Origin: Octopus vulgaris
Lineage: Eukaryota
Assembly (NCBI GenBank): GCA_951406725.2
Contig: OX597815.1
Span: forward strand, 52,390,001-52,454,000
Length of the DNA: 64,000 nucleotides
Reading direction: 5' to 3'
Part shown: positions 55,700-64,000 of the stretch, piece after piece
Layout: each line of letters starts with the position of its first letter
How positions within the stretch are numbered: position 1 is the stretch's first letter
The notes under the pieces: generated by a model
Seen by the model: only the letters and a program-made list of their open reading frames with translations
Told to the model about the DNA's origin: nothing
The model's database searches: none
Translations under genes and position numbers: made by a program

Positions 55700-56350
55700 A
55701 AACGCTATCGCTTTTATTTAAATGTTTTCATTTTCCACATCCTGTAAAAACAATTATTGCTCATCTTAACGAAGCCACTCATACTTAATTTTTTCCACTT
55801 GGATTCCTGAAAAGCACTTTTCTTGTTTACTTCTTTGGTTTTTTTTCTTCCTTTATTTCCTTCTGTAGCCATTTCAACAGATGATTTTAATATTTTCTTT
55901 TCAGAGAGCTTATAGCATGACTTTTCGTGACATGGTTCTATGAGTAAAGAATGAAAAGAAAGTTTTGAAACAAGAGAAGTCATGAAACCTGAATGTTTTT
56001 CTTCTGCGAATAGAAGCGAATGGCTTGGTAGTCGAGAAAGTTGTGGTTGATGGCACTAACCTTAATCGAGCAGGTCTATAACACACTAGCAGTCGAACGA
56101 ACGATTAGTAAAAGTTTCAGATGTATTGTTCCAGATATACTATATCTCTGCCTTGTGAAGAACACACCTGTATGGAACCTGTTTTGCTGAGCGTACAACT
56201 TGCTTTCTGGTTAATTTTCTCAACAGTTGATCTACAGTTGATGCTAATATAAGCTGAGATAAATCTGGATATATTTTCTCTCCGTCGCAATTTCTATTTC
56301 CTCGTTTTTGTGTCTCTATCCAGGCATGCAACAGTGATGACTGACATGGT
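55700..56350 (-). mobile_element. Decayed R4/Dong-like LINE remnant
   Basis: VDQLLRKLTRKQ...RCVLHKAEI and a K-rich stretch ending WKKLSMSG resemble the post-RT region. Confidence 0.4.
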
Positions 56351-57577
56351 AGGTATTTGGCTGAATCATGTCACTATCAGGTTTTGTCAGATAGCATTGT
56401 TAATGATGGATTGATTTAGGAAAGTTGCTATGTAGGATTACATTTTAGTTGTGGTCAAGCAATTAATTTTCATTTAACTCGCATCCGCTTCTACATCCTG
56501 TACTAAGTACAGTATAGGATGTGGTTGTGGGCCCTTTGCGAATACCAGAATGTTGTAGTAAGAGGCTTGTGAGGGTCGTTGTGTATTTGTACCCCATATT
56601 TAATTAAATTTCTTATTTCAATCGGCATTTATTAACACACATACACGCACACACACGCACGCGCATGCGCACGCATACACATAGTTTTTCGAACATTTGT
56701 TCGTTATTTTGAAGTAAAAATATCTTTCAGTCAGACACAGATTGTGTATGTTCAAGTGCAATGTTGTATTCTCGACTTTAAAGAAAGTTAATGAGAGATA
56801 TCAAGTCAATTCTTCTTCAGTTTTTCAATGTACTGATATAGGAAGGTGGAATGTATCTTATCTCTACCTGAAGGAGTGAATATGTTGTGTAGGTTTGCTT
56901 TTAACTATATCATACAGACTTCTTTTCGATACCATCTACCATGTTATTTTTGTTCTATCACTAGCGCCTTTGTGAGACATTTACCATTGAGTGGATAGGG
57001 TATGGTGTTACTGTAATTGCATTGTGCTAATTGGCTTGATGTATTCTAATCGGTTAAAATGTGATACTTCGGTTGCGATATTTTCCAAGCGGCTGTAGCT
57101 AACTTTTATATTGATTTTACCAAAGAGTTTAGGATATTTACGACTGATAGAAAAATGCTTTTTTTTTTACCATTTTCAGAAATTTTTTTGCATCATAGTA
57201 GATGATAAAAGAGAGAATAAGCCAGATATATCTTTCCTTGGTGCTTATTCCTCGTTTTCTAATTTTTCTTTAAAACTATTTTTCCTTTTCAATGCGTTAT
57301 TGTAGGAAAGTACATTGCAATTGAGTATTTCCTTGTTGGAGAGCAGACTCAGTATAATTTTGCTGACACAACTTACGGTTTGTTATTGCAATGTCTTCAT
57401 TTCTATCAGGCCAATGTTTGCCTTAGCCAAACCTAATGTGATATCTGAAAGCAATTATGCTTCTTAAGCATGTGTACCTACAGCTAAAGCGACAGTATGC
57501 CCACTCCAGTATCAGCAACAATATTATCTGCTCCAAGCTGTACTCACAATATCTCGTCACGTCATCATGAAAGTAAA

Positions 57578-57836
57578 AATGAAAAAATGTTCCTTCTCGA
57601 GCTATGCCAGGCTCATAAGGGCCGGTTTCCTGGTTTCAGTGGTGTAGAAATACCCCACCTGGACGGGACGCCAGTCCGTTGCAGGTTTACTCATTGTTGC
57701 CAGCTGAGTGGACTGGAGCAACGTGAAAATGAAATGTTTTGCTCAAGAACACAGCGCATCGCCCGGTCCAGAAATCGAAACCACAACCTTACGATCATGA
57801 GTTCAACACCCTAACCACAAAGCCAGGCGCCTCCAC
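57578..57836 (-). mobile_element. SINE family C with alternative tail
   Basis: Family C head and core; 12-bp TSD catgaaagtaaa. Confidence 0.85.
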
Positions 57837-58114
57837 CATGAAAGTAAAGTCTTCTTTATAGAAAGGTTGTCACCCGTAGTTGCCAGGATCAGATTATAAT
57901 CACACCCATTTTTGTAATGCTTTCTTCTGCTTGACGTATGTTATTAATTAATCAGAGTTACAGAATTGAAAATGATAAAGATGTACACACAGCACCGTTG
58001 AGATTCTAATGATGATGTATAGGTCATTTACTAAGGTGGACGATTGCAGAAATAGTGGTGGCTAGGGAAAAAGTCTTTTTAGAATTTAGCAGTACCATGA
58101 AAGATAAAAATAAA

Positions 58115-58276
58115 GGCGCAGGAGTGGGTGTGTGGTAAGTAGCTTGCTTACCAACCACATGGTTCTGGGTTCATTCCCACTGCGTGGCACCTCGGGCAAG
58201 TGTCTTCTACTATAGCCTCGGGCCGATCAAAGCCTTGTGAGTGGATTTGGTAGACGGAAATTGAAAGAAGCCCGTC

Positions 58277-58318
<42 letters not shown>

Positions 58319-58337
58319 GTGGACGATTGCAGAAATA

Positions 58338-58386
<49 letters not shown>

Positions 58387-58630
58387 TGTATATATATATG
58401 TATGTGTGTGTATATGTTTGTATGTCTGTGTTTGTCCCCCAACATCACTTGACAATTGATGCTGGTGCGTTTACGTCCCCGTAAATTAGCGGTTCGGCAA
58501 AAGAGAACGATAGAATAAGTACTAGGCTTACAAAGAATAAGTCCTGGGGTCGATTTGCTCGACTAAAGGCGGTGCTCCAGCATGGCCGCAGTCAGATGAC
58601 AGAAACAAGTAAAAGAGATTAAAGAGAGAG
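58115..58630 (+). mobile_element. Full-length SINE family B with internal (TA)n
   Basis: tRNA-like head GGCGCAGGAGTGGGTGTGTGGTAAG...GGTTCATTCCC, core ctcgggcaagtgtctt, tail ggcggtgctccagcatggccgcag. Confidence 0.9.
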
Positions 58631-59224
58631 CAAAATCATAGAAAAACTACATCAGGGCTCATAACGTTAAACACTGAAAAAACTGTTCCTGCCAGATACA
58701 GCCCACATTCTACACAAGTTATTTTCTGTTTCTGAATCGCTGTACTTTGACAGTTTCTTCATGTTCTTCAGAGCAATGTTTTGATTAGAAGAGGTTGGGG
58801 TATCTGTCAAATTAAAATCATACTTGTTCCAATGCTTGATGATTATATTTGACCAGTATACCCCGATTTCTTTGTCAGTCTGGACAAGTATGTCTCAGAT
58901 AAATGTTGTCATGATACATATCATTGACATGTATCATGTTTGCTACATGTTTACACCACTTCTTATCTATTTTCATGTGGAAAGTGTATATTTTCCAGTG
59001 TATGTAAATGGTAAGTGACGTACATCATCATTAGAATCTCAACGGTACTGTGTGTACATCTTTATTATCATCTTCAGTTCTGTAACTATAATTAATTGTT
59101 GCCGAGAAGAACTGGACAACTGGAAATCACATGGTCAGTTATATTGTATTGGTTTCATAGTCTGTAATTGATATTAGTGTTTTATTTATTTTGCTTATGT
59201 TATTATTTGTGACAACACCACAAG

Positions 59225-59647
59225 GTTCTGTCCTTGTTGCGGTGTGGTACCTTGTGTGCCTCAATAACCCTGAGGGCCTACCAGCGGAGTGCCAGCTCCT
59301 GGTAAGGTCTACTATGCTGGACAGGTCAAAGGGTAGAGGCCAAGCTAATATGAACTACATCTTCCCAAGTATAAAAATGTGAAAATGGGGTTTGTGTAGG
59401 GCCAACAGCCCTACCTAAAAATAGCAAAGTTACCGATGCACTCACACCAGACCCTGATCTGAAATCCACAAGAAAAGCAGAAGAAAGGATGCTCTAAAAA
59501 TAGGTAGTGGCAGGATACTGAGTCAAAATTGAAAAAGCAGGTATCTGACTGGAAGAAAGCAGAAAAGACAGTCCAGAATCAAAAACAGTGGAGCAAAGTC
59601 GTCGATGACTTATGCTCCGTAAAGGAGTGAAGGGCCTAAGAAAGTAA
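59225..59647 (+). mobile_element. Internally deleted RTE-clade element (5' UTR-like part joined to ORF end)
   Basis: 5' part gctcctggtaaggtc...ggacaggtcaaagggtagaggcca resembles RTE leaders; the 3' part encodes AEKTVQNQKQWSKVVDDLCSVKE*. Confidence 0.6.
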
Positions 59648-59836
59648 TTATTTGTGATAAATCATTGCTTCCACACCTCCAGCTATTATTACCTTTCACT
59701 CAGTCTTAATCCATTTCTATCGATCCACTATTAGCCATAGAGTGGTTTTTCTTTCCCACTTTTCTTTAATATATTCTGATCTTTTATTTACCTTATTTGC
59801 ATTTGACGGATATTTGTTCTCATCATGTTTGTTGTT

Positions 59837-59882
59837 AACGCAGCCTTTCGGTTGATGTACTCCCCAGCCTTCATCAGGTGTC
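59837..59882 (-). ncRNA. Degenerate minimal hammerhead motif
   Basis: Minus strand: GACAC-CTGATGA-A-GGCTG(gggagtacat)CAACC-GAAA-GGCT-GCGTT; CUGAUGA and GAAA intact, stems decayed. Confidence 0.55.
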
Positions 59883-59917
59883 CTGGTGGAATTTCGAACC
59901 TAAAGTATTTTTCCGAT

Positions 59918-60160
<243 letters not shown>

Positions 60161-60328
60161 CAGAACTGTATTATCTGATCTTTTGTTCTTAATTAAATAT
60201 CTTTCAATCTAATTTCCAATTTTTACTTTATCGATACTCCATATACAGGGAAAACTTATTTTCTATGTTTATTATTATATTGGTAGTTTATCTTAGCTGG
60301 TTTCTATTTCCACTCTTGTTATGTTGTA

Positions 60329-60749
60329 CTAGTTTTCTATAAGTATCAAAATTAATCCTTCTTTTGTGTTGGGTAGATATATTCTATCTATATCGACTTT
60401 GGAATGGTGGGTGCAGAAAGTTCTAAGTAGTTTGTTGTTTATTTTTCTAAGTTCTTCAGTTTCTTTAACTTCTTCTTTATTATGATGGAGAGGTAGATAC
60501 TGGATGCGTTTTGCAATGAGTTCAGTTTTTAACATTAGTCTGTTTCCTTTCTTTTCTTTTTCTTTATACATTCCCCTTTCATTTCTGTGTGAGCATTTTA
60601 TCATTTTCATCTTTATGTATTTGTATGGGTCAAATCTGTGGTATTGAGCAGAATATTTGCTGTAACCTATCTTTCACACCAAGACAAAATATGTACATGA
60701 TAACACTTGCAATCAGTTAGGAACAGAAGCCAAGGTATTGCATCAGGGC

Positions 60750-60750
<1 letters not shown>
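60329..60750 (-). mobile_element. R4/Dong remnant with 5' non-coding head
   Basis: EELRKINNKLLRTFCTHHSKVDIDRIYLPNTKEG; the head follows the (TAA)n array at 60754-60845. Confidence 0.6.
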
Positions 60751-60845
<95 letters not shown>

Positions 60846-60846
<1 letters not shown>

Positions 60847-61830
60847 CTGGTTGACTTTTGCTTTACATTTGTACAAGTTGGCTCCAAGTCTTACCCAGAG
60901 ACCCCCAAGAGACAAGTTGGAAGTTCATGTTGGTGTTATGCCTAAGGTGCCATATATTTGGTTTTGTACTTAGTGTTGTATTAGTGAAAGTTTAAAAAAA
61001 CCATAAGAAAATTATGTTTGTTTTAAAACTTGAGATTACATAAAAAATATTTTGCGTAGGATATGAGCAGTTCCCATGAGCACTATCCTTTGAATTTCTG
61101 CCATTTTTGGGTTTCCTGGTATCTGCGTTAGGTAGCAACCAGCCCCTTTTACTATCATTCCTAGGGCACCTATGACAACAGGTATTGTTTTAGTCTTCAG
61201 GTTCCACATTTTTCCATTTACTATTTCAAGATCTTTATTCTTGCTCAGTTTTTGGTAGGTCTTGACAGATACAATTATATCGATTGGGACAGTATTATCA
61301 ATGAAGAGGTATGATTTTTGTCTGAAGTTTTTCAATATAATGTCTGGCTTATTTACATATATTTTTCTGTCAGTTTGAATGAAGTTTCAGAGGAGTGAGA
61401 TGTGATCATTTTCAAGCACTGGAGGTGGTTTGTGTTCCCACCAGTTTTTATCATGGGGCAGGTCTAGGTTTTTGCAAATTACCCAGTGAATATACTGTGC
61501 TGCTCTATCATGCCTGTTGAGATACTCTGTAGGCACAAGAAGACTGCACAAGGAGACAACATGATTAATGGTTTCATTTTGTTGTTGACATACACGGCAT
61601 GTTGGGCAGCTGCCGTTCTTTAATATGTTGGCCTGGCAGTTTCTTGTAGGTAGACATTGATCTTGAGCTATTATGATAAACCCTTTTTTTTCTGATTTTA
61701 AGCCAGAAGCCACTAACCATTGATGAGTAAGGGCTTTGTCAACATCGGTACTATTAGCTCTCTTTGGCTATTTGCCATTGAGAGGTTTTTCTTGCCATTT
61801 ATCAGTAAGACTATCTAAGGCAGCAGTGTA
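60846..61830 (-). mobile_element. R4/Dong-clade LINE 3' part: CCHC knuckle, restriction-like endonuclease, 3' UTR
   Basis: AQDQ...CRVCQQQNETINHVVSLC...YLNRHD, KPDII...IDNTVP...KLSK, IPVVIGALG; ends in (TAA)n, the known Dong-type target. Confidence 0.9.
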
Positions 61831-61927
61831 TTTTTCTGTTAAGACTACATATTTCAGTAATTAACCAGCTAATGATGTTGAAACTGTAAGTCACGACTAG
61901 TATGGCTAAAGTATTGATCGCTATGCA

Positions 61928-62641
61928 ATGCAGATTAAAACGGATATAGTCAGAACAATACATAAAGCAATATATAGACTATTTAATAAGGGTAAGAATA
62001 AATATAGCCAAATAATTAACAATAGAACTATTAGAATAGGATATAGTATCACGAATAATCTAGCCACCATCATCTCCTCCTTCAACAACAAGAAATTAGA
62101 TTGCTTCTATAATGATAGAAAGATAAACGTGGGTGGTAGTGAAAATAAGTGCAATAATATCAACAGGAATAGGGCTACGGGGATTTCTGCCAGGGTTAAA
62201 TCTCCTCAATCTGATAATGGCTGCAATTGCAGAAGCAAGAATCAATGTGTGTTTGGTAATAAATGCCTGATGAGAGAGGTGGTTTACCAATGCACTGTAA
62301 ATACACAATACAATAGCAGGGTGTACATTGGTGCGACTAAAAATAGTATAAAACAACGGCTAAACTATCATAGATATACTTTTAAAAATAAAAATAGGAT
62401 GAACTCTACGGGGTTAAGTACGTATATCTGGGAACTCAGGAGAAAGAACATAGATTTTAAATTAGATTGGGAAATACTAACATCTGCACCTGTATACAAT
62501 AGTAGAAATAAAAAAATGCTCTTTATGTATAAATGAAATTTTCTTCATCATCAAAGCCGGCCAACCCATTATTAACAGCATTAATGAGCGAATTTTTTTT
62601 TGCCTTCACAAATTGGCGTACACTTTCTCTAGATTTAAATA
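61928..62641 (+). mobile_element. Penelope-like element, GIY-YIG endonuclease region (5'-truncated, frameshifted near the end)
   Basis: IRIGYS..NLATIISSFN, GCNCR...C...KCL, VVYQ...YIGAT...KQR...H, STGLSTYIWEL; continues in another frame to a stop near 62641. Confidence 0.9.
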
Positions 62642-64000
62642 ACATCTAATTCTTCTACCAGTAATCTTTTAGCAATCCTCTATATAGGACTGTACTATTC
62701 ATCCTTACAATTTATAATTTATAACTTTGTATCTCCATATGTGTGTTCTATGTTGATTGTTTCTGTCCCGACTGAAAAATATACAAAGATATATAGTTAT
62801 TCCGATATATGCATGATATTCGGAACCCCACAGAGTCTTTTATCTTAGCACATCATATCTTAGGGCACTAGTTGGATTTTTTGCTATACCAATATGCAAT
62901 ATGTGAGAGTCTATAATTAGTATAAGTTGCTTATCCCGATGAACATATAAGGTTTTTTTTTTTTTTTACAGTTGGCTTGTTGGGGGTTGTTGTATTTTTG
63001 CTGCACAAGCGTGGGCTCGGGTGGCGCTGCACCGGAGTTTGTGCGCCTGCGCATGCATGCGCGAGATCGTCCGCGCATGTGTATCAACGTGTGCACCCTC
63101 GCGCGCTGCGAATCAATTTAATTTAATTTATAATTAATGAACTTATATCTAAGTTAATAGTAACTTCTGTTTACTTTTTGTGTATGTAAATATACGTCTT
63201 TGGATGGGCAGACATATTTTTTAATTTATGATTTAGTAGATGTGGGTGGAGGTGTCGAGGTGTGTGAAAATGTGTTTGTGTACGTATGTATGTTTTTGTG
63301 CGTATAGGTATGTTCGTAGGTGGATGTACGGATGTATGTTTTTCTTATACATATAAGTACGCAGGTGCGTATTTTGATATGTATATATGTATATGCAAAT
63401 ATTTATTCATGGGTGGATATAAGTATAGGTTTTATTTGTACGTATGAGTGCGCAGACATATATTTAAATATGTATATATGTGTGTGCGAATGTTCCCTGA
63501 TATAGTATATAAGAGTGTATTAACATTTATGAGTATATGCGGATGTGCGTGTGAGTATGTGTGTTAGAGTATAGATACTGCTGCCTGTACTGATTAGTCT
63601 ATAAGCCATGCGATGACAGATATGCACTCTGCAATCTAGCGAATGTGTAGAGATGTGTCGGGGTGTATTCATGTGTGTGTGGGTATTTATGTGGACGTGT
63701 GGGTTTAGGGTTGGATGTGGATGTGTATGTTTTTCTTGTACGGTGTGGTGGAGGTCGGGCGGGTCTCAACGGACCAACCATGATGATGACAATGATAATT
63801 TTAAATTCAAATCCAATAGTATGTTTTTGTCATAAGGAAAATTACTAACTTGAACCCGGACATACATATGTGCCACTTCGGATCCTAATGTAAGCGTTAT
63901 TAATAATATTATGAATGAATGATAATAATGATAACATTAATTGTATTGACAATGATAATGATGTTAACTTTAATGACACTTTGGAAATTAGTAGGAAGTA

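Noticed and set aside
58735-58775. Hammerhead-like CTGAAGA...GAAA on the minus strand
   Set aside because: No stem II; explained by R4 coding remnant (ALKNMKKLSKY).
62925-62955. CCGATGA after the Penelope ORF as a hammerhead core
   Set aside because: No GAAA or stem III follows.

Overview
Non-coding, AT-rich animal DNA dense in microsatellites and transposon debris. The SINE families and repeat content resemble a coleoid cephalopod (octopus-like) genome; this is an inference, not a search result. I found no intact host protein-coding gene, and almost all listed ORFs are microsatellite translations. Supported features: a decayed Tc1/mariner transposase, a deleted mariner element, a solo LTR with 4-bp TSD, a tandem Helitron dimer, fragments of Tx1/L1, RTE, CR1-like and R4/Dong LINEs, two Penelope-like GIY-YIG fragments, three SINE families and several MITE-like palindromes. 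The most notable signal is about nine minimal hammerhead-ribozyme-like motifs. Four of them sit as outward-facing pairs in two unrelated non-coding palindromes. One of those hammerheads is split by a Merlin-like MITE (8-bp TSD) that carries inverted telomeric TTAGGG tracts.
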